DNA from: Lama glama
Taxonomy: Eukaryota
Assembly: GCA_028534125.1 (NCBI GenBank)
Contig: CM052816.1
Location: forward strand, 75,332,001-75,396,000
DNA: 64,000 bases
Reading direction: 5' to 3'
Shown one piece after another: positions 11,716 through 25,192 of this stretch (positions are counted from its first letter, which is position 1; the number at the start of each line of letters is the position of its first letter). Made by a program: the position numbers and the translations under genes. Under the pieces are notes generated by a model that searched no databases, had not been told where the DNA came from, and saw only the letters and a program-made list of their open reading frames with translations.

Positions 11716-13619
11716 TATCCCTTAATGTTATCACATTTGCTTTGCAGCCAATAAAATTAACATATGCATGCTGGGATATAGAAGAGGGGGTAGGCTGAAG
11801 CTGGTGGAGAGTAGGACCATCAGCCCCTGGATAAGACTGGTGGTGTGATTGTCCCCAAGTTTCCTTGTCCTATTTTTATTTTTACCATGAGAAATTAAGA
11901 AAGATCTTGAATGGCAGAGAATGGCTGTCTTCTTTCATATCTATTATTAGCCTGGTGCAAGACAAGTCCTAGGTGCTCGTGAAATACTTACAAAATTAGT
12001 TTTCAGTTAATACATTTTGAGTGTCATTGCATAATTTTTTTCATTTCACAAATTGCAACATCCATTACCCATTTTAGATACAATGTAGAGTAATGGATTT
12101 TTCATTTGAAAGTAAGATAATACTATATATAATATATATATATCTCTTCCTAATTAATACTCTACATAACCAACACCATTGCAAGAAATAATGCTTTATA
12201 ACAAATATGTACTTTGGGGTGAGTGTTTTGGAGATGTTTGTATAGCATGTAATCTGCATGGGTGTTCTTGGATTTATAGAACAGAATATCAGGTAGCATT
12301 AAGGTGATGCTATTCATATGTTCTGTGATATGAATAATGGTACCTATGTTCTAGTTTTTATAAACCAGTGTATACGTGTGCACCAGATCTACAGATATTG
12401 CTTATTATTTTAGCTTTGCCATGAGTTTGGAAAGTAAGAGGAGATAAACTGTTCTTTACATATCCAGATCTCAAGGCTGGAGAAAGAGAAAGGGAGATTG
12501 AAAGAAAGACCAGAGGAATATATCATCCCCATGCCTCAGATAAATTTTTGATTAGAAAAAAATGATCCAGCTGTGGGCAAGTGGTGTTTTGTGAGGGCAT
12601 CATAGAATCAAAGGCTTATATTTCAAGAAGATGTTCTTTCTGTAGCGCAGACATGATGAAGGGTAATGTTGTGTTATTTCAGATTTTCATTATTCATAAA
12701 AGGAAAACCAATGGTGCCAGACATGCAAGAACAAAGCTAAATAGGCTTCAGAGGCCTTCTGGCTCTCAAATCTAAGAGAATATAATAATTGGATTGTTTA
12801 TTTGCCATGTTTCTTATTTGTTTTCTTCTTAGAGGAAAAGCACAATAGAGATTCTTCATTCAGAGTAGCAGGTTTTAGTGATAGGGGTTTGGTTTATCTA
12901 ATTTGCCCCGTCCCTTTCCCCAGGCCATTTATTCTATCTGTCCAGGTAGCCAGAGCTGCTCCTGTGCTTGCAAATATTCAAAACTGCCCCAAATTCTGGA
13001 GTCTGCCACTACACGAAAGTTTCAGTGGAGAAACCAGGGAAGGAGGTGCCGTTAAAAAGTTATCAGCGTCTTAAACAATCAGCTCCTAAAGAGGAGTAAG
13101 GGAGACAGGACTGGCTATGTGTGTCAGCCACATCTCCCTCCCCAGTTGTTTTCCTTTTTCTTATGAGGTATATATTACCTGAATTTGACTGAATCTCCTT
13201 TGTGACTCTTTCAATGGCTGCTGTGCATGCTTAGATTTAGCTACCTGTCCCAAGGATAAAACTAGTGGGGGAAGAGATGGTCAAGGAGTAAGCTACCCCA
13301 CTACCCTACGCTTGAGCCCCCTACAGGTGGTCTGGGTTAAGTGAGAGCTGTGGGTTGTGGCTCTGAATATCAGGAGAACCTACACTTGTGGTACGAATCT
13401 GGAATGGCATGTCAATAAGGAGCAGAGCCTTGCAGAGATGGTGGGTCTTGGCATTGCTGTATCTGGCACAGGAAAGGGAACTCGTGATCCAGGGAAGCAA
13501 TAAGAGAGAGGACTTTAAAACACGTTAAAGTACTCTTGGATGGCTATGGTAATGTTTCCATTGAGGAGCTCCAAGAATTTATGGCCACCATAGTGTTTAT
13601 AACTTTTTGGCACAATTCT

Positions 13620-14280
13620 CTTTCATTTGTTTATTCAGCCAATATTTGGTGAGAACCTACTATGTGCCAAGCACTTAGTGCTCAGAGTTAATGATGCAGA
13701 AATAATAGTCAATAGTGGTAATAAAAGCTAATATTTGTGCAGTATTTTCTGTGATCCATGTCTGGTGCTTATCAACTTATTTTATTTTATAATTTTATAC
13801 ACAGATGGCATTATCAGCCCATTTACAGATTAGGATATTGAAGTTTACAGAGGTGGAAGGATATTATTTCATACAAGTATTTGAGTATCTTTCTTGTGCC
13901 AATTGCTGTGCGTTTTGCTGGCGATACAAAAGTGAGCAAGACAGATTAGATTCTTATTCTTGTGGAATTTAAATTCTAGCTGGGTGGGGATAGATGATAA
14001 GCAAATAGGCAATTAAATAAAATGAAACTTGAAGCTGGTGATAAATACAATGAAGAAAACAAAACTTGATCATATACAAGGGAGGGTGGGTTGAGTTGGG
14101 TACTTTAGGTATGGGAAGATTTACTGTAGAGAATGACATCTAAGCTGAGATTTGAATGAAAAGGTGTCAGTCAGGCACACAACGAGGGGCAGAGCAGGAG
14201 AAAGAGTGTGCACAAGGGCTAAATTGGAATGAGCTGAGCGTATTCGATTAGCAGAGAGAAGCCTGTGTAGCAGAAGCTCC
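13620..14280 (-). mobile_element. Cluster of L2 3' fragments (13620-13700, 13865-14280) with a MIR (13715-13860)
   Basis: tattcagccaatatttggtgagaacctactatgtgccaagcact and gacatctaagctgagatttgaatga (L2 reverse strand); cccatttacagattaggatattgaag (MIR core). Confidence 0.75.
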
Positions 14281-15131
14281 ACAAGCAAAGGAGATCCCAT
14301 ATTGAGTGGCCTGGGAACCATGAGCTTCATGTCACTTAAAGCTCCTGAGAGTTCAGTTTCTTTTGACTTCATGGAGCACCCTGGGGGACAGCAGTTGGGG
14401 CAAGAACCAGACAGTCTGTTATGCAACAGATTTTCTTATATTTCCTCTTAGGTAAAGCACATCACTGTCTTGGGTACAGACTGTCTTGTCCTTCTTGGGC
14501 TACCCAGGCCCTTTGGGAGTTGAAGCAGAGCAGAGTATCAGAAAAGTGTGGCTTTCTTCTGGTTTTCTCCCACATTGTTCGCCAACAGACAAAGATTCCT
14601 TTGGTGTTCTTCTCTAAGCTCTGCTAAAATAGCCAAGGCCAACATTGTCAAAAAAAAATGCCATTTTTCTCCTTAATCTTTGCCACATTTCTGTGATAAA
14701 CACCACCTTCTATCTTTCTTATTTAGTCATCCTTGATTCATGCTTGTCCCTGACTCATTGCATCTGGTAGAGTGGTCATTATGAATCTGGAAACAAAGAC
14801 ATTTGAAGGAGAGCAGCTTGGTGGCTTCAAGGATAAGAGAGATGAGGGTTTCTTGTGCTCAGATCTCCTACTGCCTTGTTCTTGTGCCCAAGGACTTGTG
14901 TTTGACTTATTAAGATGATCAGATTGCCTTCCAGAATTCACATGTAAGTGACCTCAGAAAACTTACCAAAATAAATGTTTTCTTATAAAGATTATTAATA
15001 AATGTATTAATAAATAAAAAACAAAGATCAGTTAGACTTTCTTCTTAGTGACACAGCAAAGGATTCAGCTAATAACCCACAACATGTGTGTTTATGACAT
15101 CTCCCCAAACTTGGAAATCATACATGCAGAA

Positions 15132-15192
15132 GTGTGTGTATCAGTGTGTATGTGTGTATGCGTGTGTGTGTGTATGTGTGTGTGTGTGTGTG
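15132..15192. repeat. Imperfect (TG)n microsatellite
   Basis: Seen directly in the sequence. Confidence 0.9.
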
Positions 15193-15294
15193 AAGAGATG
15201 GGAGCTAAGGGTAGGGAAGCATAGGAAACTGAGGAAAGAAAGCAAGGAAATGGGTTTGTAATTGATGAGGAAGAGATGCCATTATTACCTTAAT

Positions 15295-15441
15295 TCCTCA
15301 CTATTCAAAGTGTGGTCCTTAAAACAATAGCATTGATAATACATGGGAGCTTATTGGAAATGCAAAATCTCATGCCCCACCTCAGATTTTAACAAGATCC
15401 TCAGGTGATCCATAAGCACATTAATATTGAAAAAGTATAGC
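15295..15441 (+). mobile_element. MER5A-like hAT-Charlie MITE, internally deleted
   Basis: tcaaagtgtggtcc…gaaatgcaaaatctcatgccccacctcaga…ttttaacaagatcctcaggtgat. Confidence 0.8.
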
Positions 15442-15655
15442 CATAACAATTGCGTGTGTTTGGAGATATTATTCTTACCCTTTACCTTTGGTTATTAATT
15501 AGCTCTAGAAGATGATATCCAGCTCAGTATATCAAAAAGTATCACATATAGTTTTTATAGCATTTGTCATACTTTATAATAATAGTGATTTTTCTTGCCT
15601 AATTCACCCCACTATTATATGATTTCCACAAGGGCAGCGTCAGATGAGTCTTGTA

Positions 15656-15875
15656 CAGTTGACCTTTGAACAATATGGGTTTGAACTGTTTGGGTCTGCT
15701 TACACATGGGTTTTCTCCAATAATAAATACTACAACAAGATTCGTGGTTGATGGAATCTGTAGCTGCAAAACCGAGAATACAGAGGAACTGAATAAACAG
15801 AGAGCCAACTATAAATTATACATGGATTTTCCACTGCAAAAGGGTCAATCCCCCTAATTGCTTAGGGATCAGCTA
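15656..15875. mobile_element. Tigger2-derived MITE (Tigger2a-like)
   Basis: TA + cagttgacctttgaacaatatgggtttgaactg 5' TIR; degenerate 3' TIR agggatcagcta + TA. Confidence 0.85.
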
Positions 15876-16562
15876 TACTGCTTTACTTCCATGTCCTTGA
15901 TCCGATGCATGGCATGTAACAGGTAATCAATAAATGTCCACCAAAATCTTGATACTACAGAGCAGGACATGAGACATAAGAGATACTTGATAGAAGGAAC
16001 CTACCTTCCCTTCCCTTACTTGATAAGTGCTGTGAATTTAATACCCCAATCTCCCACCTCTTCTCAACCACACCCAGAGCGCTTATCACAGTGTCTTGCC
16101 CACAGTAGGTACTTGACTTGTTAAGTAAGAGCTAGACAAATCTAGTCTCTACAAAAACTTGAGCCTCACAGAAGTTTCTGGAGTGAAGATGGAGATCAAT
16201 GAATAACAACTACCTATCTGCATGGTTTAATTTTAACCTGAAAGATTTACTGATTATCTTGAGAACTGTCAGATCAATTGAAAGAAGTTTTGAAGGGAAA
16301 AATTAAGAGATTGGTAGAAATAAGTGCCTAAGTCACATATTCTGTTGGGTTTCAAACAAACCCAAAAGCAATGCTTCATGTGTGATAGTTTTCAGTTGCC
16401 GTAAGTACTCAGAACAGCTTCAGAGTAGAGTGGCACAACGAGAAGCGTGTGAGAGATGAGTTTTGCTTTGGGAAAATGTGTGTACAGGTACAGGGAGGCA
16501 ATTCAGTGTTTGGTTTCTACTTCTGGAAATTACTTTATCTGCCTGTACAGTTTCCAGTAAAG

Positions 16563-17258
16563 CAGGCTTTCTCATCCTTGTTACTACAGCAGTTCTCCCT
16601 TATCCAAGGTTTTGCTTTTCTCGGTTTCAGTTATCCGTGGTCAACTGTGGTCCAAAAATATTAAATGGAAAATTCCAGAAACAAACAATTCATAAGTTTT
16701 AAATTGCTCACTGTTCTGAGTGGTGTGATGAAATCTCACGCCAACTGCTCCAGCCCACCCTGGTTTGAATCATCCCTTTGTCCAGAGTGTCCAGTCTGTT
16801 GGTCACTTAGCTGTCTCAGTTATCAGATTGACTGTTGCAGTATCTCAGTGCTTGTGTTCAAGTAACCTTCATTTTACTTAATAATGACCCCGAAGTGCAG
16901 CAAATTGCAAGAGTTTGAATATTCTCTTACTGGGCCTAATTTATAGTTAGACTTTATCATAGGTATGTACATACAGAAAAAATATAGTATATATATAGGA
17001 TTTGGTACCATCCATGGTTTGGGGCATCCACTGGATGTCTTGGAACGTATTCCCTGCAGATAAGGGGAAACTCTTGTACTGACAGTTTGGGCTGGTTGAC
17101 TTGTTGTGGGAGCTCTCCAGGGCCTTGTAGGATGTTCAGCTGCATCCTTGGTCCTCTAGATGCCAGTAGCACTGCCCCTCTCAGTTGTAACAATGCAGAA
17201 CATCTCCATGTGTTGTCAAATATCTCCTGGATCAAAATCACCCAATTAAGTACCACTT
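16563..17258 (-). mobile_element. MER20 (hAT-Charlie), split by a MER44 insertion
   Basis: caggctttctcatccttgttacta (16563-16586) joins ctgacagtttgggctgg…tgtaggatgttcagc…tagatgccagtagcac…caaaatcacccaatt (17079-17258); homologous to the intact copy at 39849-40091. Confidence 0.85.
16587..17076. mobile_element. MER44/Tigger7-derived element
   Basis: TIRs cagcagttctcccttatc … gataaggggaaactcttg with TA duplication (16585-86, 17077-78); internal aaatattaaatggaaaattccagaa and gtgcttgtgttcaagtaacc match recalled MER44. Confidence 0.9.
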
Positions 17259-19129
17259 CTCTAGGGGAACAGATGGGTCTATTGGTCTTTCTGAGTACCT
17301 AACAAATACTGCCACTCTATTGATTTTCCTCTTAAATCTTTATAATTCAGATATAGATTCTTCCCAGTGGCAGGACCTTCTCTTTTAGGAATCTACCCTC
17401 ACCAATACTGTGTTGGCAGATTTAGAAGATTGGGATATTGTAATCATTGGCTTATCAGCTCTGTACACACAGCAACAGCTCAGAGAATGGTTCGGTTTGA
17501 CTCTCTGCTGAACATGGTCCGTCCAGACAGATGCTGCAGTGGAAAGGGAGAATGCATAGCTGAGCTGGTTTATGGGAAATTAGACAGTAATTTATGACTT
17601 CTCTATTTCTTGGGATCTCAATTATTTTTTCTGGCAGCCCTATTGTTAGTCCTTAAAAGAAGTATGAAAAGGAGGCTTAACAGTTTTACTAAGGTGGCAA
17701 TTGAAGCAGGCTTTTTACCTGCCCCTGGATTGGAACGCTGCTGCTCTAAACTGTTAACTCTCAGCTCGTCTATTGGTTTAAAAAAAACAACCCAGTAAAT
17801 TAAAGAAATTGTGATGAATTTTGAGCTTCTCTACTGGGAGGCATTGATGTAACAGAGTTTTACAAATTTAGCATCTGGGATCCCGGATCAAAACATTTAA
17901 GTGAGGAAACCAACCTCCTTTACTTCAGCTTACTGTCTCTGAGATGTGCTGAGGGAGAAGGCTTTACACAATATGAAAGGCACAGATTTACCCAAGAGAA
18001 ATCACAGCATGGTTATTTTGCTTTTTCCTTTACAAAAGGATTGATCTCAGCATTCTGCAAGATATATCGGGTTTAATTTAATATTAAAAATTGTGTTTCC
18101 TGTACATTTATGTCAAGTGAAGTACACATATCAAATTATGAGTGTGTAGTTTTTAATTATCTGTTCAATTTTAGAAGTGTTTCGGTTTGTGATACATCCT
18201 GTGCATTATCTCTGATGACACAAAGTCTCATATTGCCCACAAACACCTGATCATGTGCTGGAGGACTGGGGTGGAATTACATGCCAGGAATAAGGAGTGA
18301 CCCTTATTCTGCAAAGGTTTAATCTTTGTCTCTGAGAAATCCAAATAACTGATCACTTTAATCAATGGGATAAATAAAAATTAATGAAATTAATTGTAGG
18401 TTGTCAAATAAAGACCAAGTAATTAATTTTGAACTTTTTTTTCTGTCAGATTGAGAATTGTGCAGTTAAAATTGGACATAATTGACTGACTTCCAAACCA
18501 AGTAAAAGTGATTTGAGAATTAATGTTGTTTTCATAATCTGTGTATTTTCTCTCCTCTGTTACATTTAGAAACCAAGAGTAGGTTTTATTTATTTTAAGT
18601 ACTATCAGAAATGGGGCAGTACAGATCTACCTGCAGAGATGATCATGAGCTGAGGTCAGAGTCCTGTGTGCCATCAATCTGGTTTGTGCCCTCTCAAGGT
18701 CAGGATGCACACCAAGGTTGTGTTTAGGGATTTAGCACAAGGGTAAGAGGTAATGGAACTGCCTAATTAGGACTCTAGAGTCAGTGGTATTGAAGGAATA
18801 CCAACAGGCAGACAGACTCAGCAGGTAACCTGGTTCTAGTTACCAATCTAACATTTTGTGATGAAATTTCAGTCTTCTAAGGGTGGGAGGGGGTCCTAAG
18901 AGCAAATAATTCCCTAAGAAGACTTGAATATGAGATAAATAACCAAGGCAAAATTCATGTTAATGAAAATGAGACAGAAAGCAAGAGGGATTTGTTGACA
19001 AATGCCACTCTATTGGCTGGAATCCATTTCTTCTAAGATTAAATCTATTCTGCAGGCTAAGGCAGAGTAATGCCTATAGAGGAAGGTTGAACGGTAGTAG
19101 TTTGGATGAAGGGAACATTACCTAAACGC

Positions 19130-19970
19130 TGTATCAGTGGTCCAGCAGGATACAAGGCCATTGGCAATGGAATTTTGGAATAGGCCATACCTGAAAGAGA
19201 ATTTGGAGGTCAATACAAGAGACTTTAAGGCTGATTGAATGTGAGGATTGAGGGGCAAGTAAGAATTCAACATGAATCTAAGGATGAGATAAAAGGTTTA
19301 TGAGATAAGTATGAAAGGGACACATATAAAGGAGCAGGTTTGAAAGGGAAGAAACTGAGGTTCATTTAGGACATTTTAAGTTTCAGTTTCCCATGGAGTA
19401 GCGAAATTTAGCAGCCTGGTAGGCAGACAGGGAATCTGTAATGCAGGTCAGATTAAATAGTGTCAATATATTATGCATCTATTGTAAGGCATGAGGCCAA
19501 AGAAATGAATGAGATCAAGGAGAAGCATGGAGCGAGTTGAAGTCTTGAACAGAACTTTGGACAACACTCTGGTTTAGGAATTGGAAGAGCAACAAGAGAC
19601 AGCCAAGGAGACCGAGGAGGGACACCTTCAGAGGAAGCAGGGAAACTCCAGCGAGCCGAAGGAGGGAAATATTTCAGGAAGGAAGCACAGTAATATCAAC
19701 TGTTCCAGGAAGGCTGAGCAAGACTCCCTCATGCGTTGATTCAACAGCGTTAGCTAAGTGCCTGTCCAGATCTGTGCTAGGCTGTAGGAATGAGGTCGCA
19801 GAAGGCTGGTGAGGTTCTTTAGTAGTCCTTGAGGCTATTTCAGAGGTTTTATATGAGTTACAATCATAATAATCTATTTACAGTGGGTTCAAGATGGAAC
19901 CAAAGTCAGGAAAGAGAGAGCCGGGTTGTGTAGATTAACTTCTGAGAAATCTAAAAGCAAATGGAGGGAA
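19130..19970 (-). mobile_element. L2 fragment
   Basis: Purine-rich reverse-strand L2 signatures: gattgaatgtgagg, ggagcaggtttg, ttaggacattttaagttt, gaatgagatc, cagccaaggagaccgag. Confidence 0.75.
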
Positions 19971-21409
19971 AAAAAAAAAGAGGGCCAATATTCGCCTAAC
20001 CTGTAAAAATGATTATTAGTAAAAGCAGCTATTTCAGTTTTGTAGTGTGTCTTCTGTGAACAATTTTGACCTATTGACTTGAATCAAATGTTTCTACATT
20101 AATAAAGCTAGATACACACTAGTGGGCATAGGAATTACAAGGCATAATGATTTGCTTTTTAGGAAGCTTACATTCTAGATGAAAATCAGTGTGTATAAAT
20201 ATGTAGGGGGTTGCAGATAGAGAGCAAGATATAAAGATAGAAAAAATTCAATGAGCAAAATGAGTGTTGGTAACAACATCTAATAATAATCACTAGTTGA
20301 TGAGAGGGAGCTGCAGACCAGAGGAACTGTGAAATTCAGGGAAAAAGTAAACCATCAGGAGTGTACAAAGGAATCCATGTAAGTCACAAAAGAAGACCGG
20401 GAATAAGACTTTCATAAAGGGAAGACAGGAGAGTAACTCCACTCCAGAGCTCTGACTCTTCTTATGGGAAGTGGAGATAGTGCCACCTGCCTATCTTCCA
20501 CTCTAGCAAAGGGCCTCAGAAACTAAATCTACCCTTTCAGTTCCTCACCAAGCAGTCTTCTTTTGTTTCACAAATGGAAGGAACATATGCTTCCGTACTC
20601 CTGTGTGGTTGGCCCTACTATCACAAGAGGTACCAAGATATCAAATTCACAGGAAACCTGGTTCCCAAGAAAGCAGGAATCTTAAAAACCTCAGCTCTGT
20701 GCTAAATAAAACATGAATAGAAGGATCAGGCAAGGAAAGGGAAATACAGAGTGCCATGCATAAGCTTTTGCAAGCAAGCTCAGTGCTCTGCAGAGGCCAG
20801 GAGGGGAGCGGTTCTTATATTGACAGTCAGAGCCTTGATTCTAAGGTTAGGAATGTAGATACTGGAATTGCACACTCATGGGCATGTCAAACCTTAGCCC
20901 ACCAGGCCTTTTTTTCTGCACATTCACAGATGTAATGGACTTGATACATTTTCTTTGACGTTGATTAAACCCATAATTTTGTAAAATCTGAAATGGAATG
21001 ATGGCCAAACAGAAGCCAACCAGAACTTCATCTCAAAGGGCTTATATAGATAATACTGGAAAGATACTGAATGGAAGAGAGGCAGTACATAACATACATA
21101 ACAGATCAATTTTCTCAAGATGGTAGACTATAAAGATTTAGTTGCCATTCAAAGCAACAAGAAATAGCATAATTTTGATTGTTCTATATTTGCTAAATCT
21201 TAGACAAGTCATGGATAAAAATCTTGTTTGCAAAAAATATTTACAAACCTAAATCCTGCAACTTGAGTTATTTCTCTTCCTGCCTTCCTTCTAAATGAGC
21301 TTATACAGTCAACCCAATCGTATTTGTCTAGGTAATATTTTTCTTAGCCACAAGTGAGTAGGTGTTTTGTGATTAGATATATCATCATAAGAAAATAATA
21401 GTAATTTAA

Positions 21410-21640
21410 GTTTTATAGTTGTTTTATGGAACTTTCATGAACATGGATTCATTTCTTTCTTGTAAGAATCCTATGAAGTAGGTGTAGAGAGTATACTAAG
21501 TGAACAATCGAGAAACTCAAAGCCAGAACTGTCAACAATCTGATGACTCTCCAGTGTTAAACTGTGAGTTAGTGAGCTTGAATTCAAGCCTAGGCTCCCA
21601 GCACCCCTTTCAGTGCTGCTCTCAATGCACTGCATTGTCT
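21410..21640 (-). mobile_element. MIR (MIR3-like) fragment
   Basis: aatcctatgaagtaggt…gagaaactcaaagccaga…cttgaattcaagcct…cagtgctgctctcaatgcac. Confidence 0.55.
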
Positions 21641-21659
21641 AGTTTACTTTAACGTGAAG

Positions 21660-22606
21660 GCTAGACTGCACCAGACTGAAATCAAAGTGTTGGCCAAGGC
21701 TGTAATCTCATTTGACGTTGAGGCTCCTCTTGCGAGCTTGCTAATTGTAGGCAGACTCTAGTTCCTTTAGTTGTAGGATGGTGACCCTCAGCTCCTAGAA
21801 GCTGCCCATTCTTCACTCTGTAAGGAGGAGAACGTTTGCTCTTTCGATTTGAATCCAGTGATTGGTGGTCTACAAATTAATTGACAACAGACAGATAAAC
21901 AGGGGAAAAGACAAGGTTTATTTATGTATACAAGATGTACGTGCGGAAGCACTCAAAGACGAGTAACTCACTGAATAACCAGAAAGGCTCAAACACGAAA
22001 CCTAACAAAAGAAGGATGGGTAAGCCTTCAATGGGAGAGCATGGAAGGTTCTAATTTTTTTTTTTTTAATTCTGATGAATAGCTGAACTCACACTTCTGG
22101 TGCTAAGGTCAGTTTTTTTGTTTTTTTTTTCCCCAACCAAGAAACTCTCTGGGAGGAAAATCAATGGCGACTATGTTTTCAGAGACTTGGTTTAAGTATA
22201 GATAATGTTTCTTGCTTGTGGCTGCTGATTGTTCAGACATATTCAGTTCAATGTAATTTTCATACTACTTTGGTGGGCTATTAATTCTTCAGCTGCCACA
22301 TGGCCCTCCTACAACATTGCATTTTGCTTCTTCAAGACCAACAGATCATCTGCTGTTTGTTATCTCTATTTGATGGGCTTAATTGCTTAGGTTAGACAGG
22401 CCCAAGGTAATCTCCCTTTGGTAAATTCAAAGCCAACTGATGAGCACCCTTAATTATATCTGAAAAGAATCTCTTTTCCATATACTGGAACATAATCATG
22501 AGAATGATATCTCATCATATTTACCACATTCAAAGGGAGCGGATTATACTGGGCATCTAGCCTAGGGGTTGGGAGTTTTGGGGCCATCCTAGAATTTCCT
22601 ACCACA
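21660..22606 (-). mobile_element. MaLR LTR (MLT1E/F-like), split by an ERV1 LTR
   Basis: ctgaaatcaaagtgttggccaaggctg … [insert 21819-22291] … gccacatggccctc…ttgcttcttcaagacc…ggggccatcctagaatttcctaccaca. Confidence 0.8.
21819..22291 (-). mobile_element. ERV1-class solo LTR (MER41/MER4-group-like)
   Basis: TG…CA termini (tgtaagg … ttcttca); aaattaattgacaacagacagataaacagg…tttattta is typical of MER41-like LTRs on the reverse strand. Confidence 0.7.
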
Positions 22607-22985
22607 CCAAATGATAGGATGAGAAGCTAAGTCCAGTACTACAAAAGATCATAAAAATGAGATCATCATACAGATTCCTTACACTGTCAAGTTTATAAAA
22701 TGGATGCTGCATGCTAGCAAATTAGACTAGATAACATCTAAGATCGTCCATGGCAGTATGCAGAATGGAGTAACTCCATTTGTGTATTCAAGAAGACTTT
22801 CTAAACCACCTTTCTTTCTTCCACTCTTTCTCTTATCTGATACATAGTTTTCAAGCATAAACATATGCATGTGAACATTTTATATTAAACTCATTTATCT
22901 TCATTAAGATTCCAAGTTCTTATATTAGGCAGTTGGGTCTGTAGACCTCAAATCCCCTCATTAACCCCAAAGAGTTGTTATAACC

Positions 22986-23487
22986 TGTAATAGTTAACTA
23001 TTGCTGTGTAACAAATTATTCGAAAACTTAGTCACTTAAAACAACACACAGCTTCTGTGGCTCAGGAATCTAGGCAAAGCTTAACTGGGCCCTTTACTTC
23101 AGGGTCTCTCACAAGCCTGCAATCAAGATCCCACTGGGACAGGATGTGTTTCCAAGCTTAGTCAGTGGCTGCTGACAGGATTCAGATCCTTGAGGGCTGT
23201 TGGACTGAGGGGCTCAGTTTTTAACTCACTGTTGTCTGGAGGTCGTTCTTTGTCACATGGGCCTCTACAGCATGGCAGTTTACTTCATCAAAACCAGCAA
23301 GAGAGAGAGTAGCATGATGGACATCACAAACTTTTGTAACCTAACCTCAGAAGTGGTATCCCATCCTGCTTGTGTTATTTAATTCATTAGAAACAAGCCC
23401 TAGATTGGGCCCGCACTCAGATGGAGAGATGTGAATGCCAGGAGGACAGAGGACGTTAGGGTCTGTCTTAGAAGTATGCCTGCTGCC
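22986..23487 (-). mobile_element. MaLR LTR (MLT1F-like)
   Basis: tgtaatagttaactattgctgtgtaacaaatta…cttaaaacaac…tctgtggctcaggaatc…gtgaatgccaggagg. Confidence 0.85.
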
Positions 23488-25154
23488 TGAGTGAGGGAAT
23501 GATGTAGCAGACTGAGGAGAAACTAATAAAGGTGCCTGTTTCCAAGAAATGAAAGAAAATAACCTCTTCCATTACATTCACTTATCCAGAGCCAGAGCAA
23601 AGGAACTTGCCTGGACTGAGCTCATGATGGAAGTAGCCAGCCCTTGTCTGAGTAGAGATGGCAAATCAAACACAACATGGAGAAGCTAAGTTCAGAATCA
23701 GAGAAGCAACATTAAGCATCAGGTCCAAGGGACAAGTAGATAAGAGAAGGATAAGAGGACAAGAAAATGGGAATACTGAGCCAATGTACAACCAAAATAT
23801 TAGGCCAGATAAGCAGACAGGTTGTGAATGTAGCTACGAACTAAAAAACAGTGCTTAGCACTGTTTCACTCACAGGCAGCCTTCCTAGTTTTAAAGACAC
23901 AGGGCTGGGCCAGACTTTTTCTCTGTTGTTGAAAGTCATAAAGCAGTATTGCTGTATTTTTATTTTAAGTTCAAACAAATAGAAAATGTAATGATTTAGA
24001 GGAAATGTTGAAACTGGAGAGGAATTGCTATCCAAATGAAATTAAAAGTCCTGAAAATATTCTTTTTTTGGCTAAAATTAGATTATGTATTTTCTCCCAA
24101 AATGCATAGATAGTGTTTTGTATTGATTGATAATTTAATTCTCCTCTCCAAACAATATTTGCATCTGGTGCATCATCCTGCACATCAGCGTAATCTAGCT
24201 TAGAATGAATATTGGTGAGGGGATCAATGGTTTCTCCTCTGACTGTTGGCTGTTTTTAATTTATATTTTTAACATTACCTTATTTTAGCCTTAATAACAA
24301 ATTAATATCATTATTAACATGTTGAAAACAAAGAACAACTCATTTCTGGAGGAAGAAATGTAGTCATATTTAATTCCCTTTCTGCTTCTAATTCTGTCTT
24401 CAACTAGATTACAAAAATAACCAATTACTTTCATCCACCTTTTTTTCACATGCCTGGAAATAAACTTTAGATTTTTTAAATTTTGTAAATTTTGTAAATT
24501 AGCCCTTATTTTGAGGGCTTATTTATTGATACCTATTTTAATCCTAGGTTATTTCATTATAACTTTTCTTATACTCACTTTTTTATTTCTTTCTTTAAAC
24601 ATACTCTTGAACAATATTACAGTTTGCTTAGTTTCTTCATTAATACTAGCAATCGACTGAACAGCAACTAATAAATCAACAGGCAGCAATTTAAATCCCT
24701 ATTAAAATTTGCCAATGCCAGATCCAAACTGACAGTTTTGCTTATTCAGAAATTTTCTTCCCATACTTTCTCCTAAAGATAAATAGATCAGATAGTTCAG
24801 GATGAAATTAAACACAGCATTTCTATATTTGGGGGTTATCTTTCATTGTTTGAAAAAAGTCCAATAATTCTGAGGTATTATCTGTTCCAAATCTTGAAGG
24901 TTATAATTTGCAAGATATCAAAGTATTTTTCAAAATATTTTCTCTAAATACCTACCATGGTGTCTGAAATTCATACTCTTGTGACTCTTATGGGCTGTTT
25001 AATGCTAGGCATAGATATAGAGATATGCATAGAGACATGTAGATATAGATTAATGCAGACATGGAATATAGACAAAGAGAAGTATTGCATCACTGAAAAA
25101 AAGTTGCTTCAATCAGGCAAAGGCCCTGAGGTGGTGATAATAAACTTAGAGGGC

Positions 25155-25192
25155 TGTGTATGTGTGTGTGTGTGCACACGTGTGCGTGTGTG
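25155..25192. repeat. Imperfect (TG)n microsatellite
   Basis: Seen directly in the sequence. Confidence 0.85.

Noticed and set aside
23500..23830. Possible ancient Gypsy-like LTR (similar impression at ~34880-35170 and ~18620-18850)
   Set aside because: Only a compositional resemblance; I cannot match diagnostic motifs without a Dfam search.
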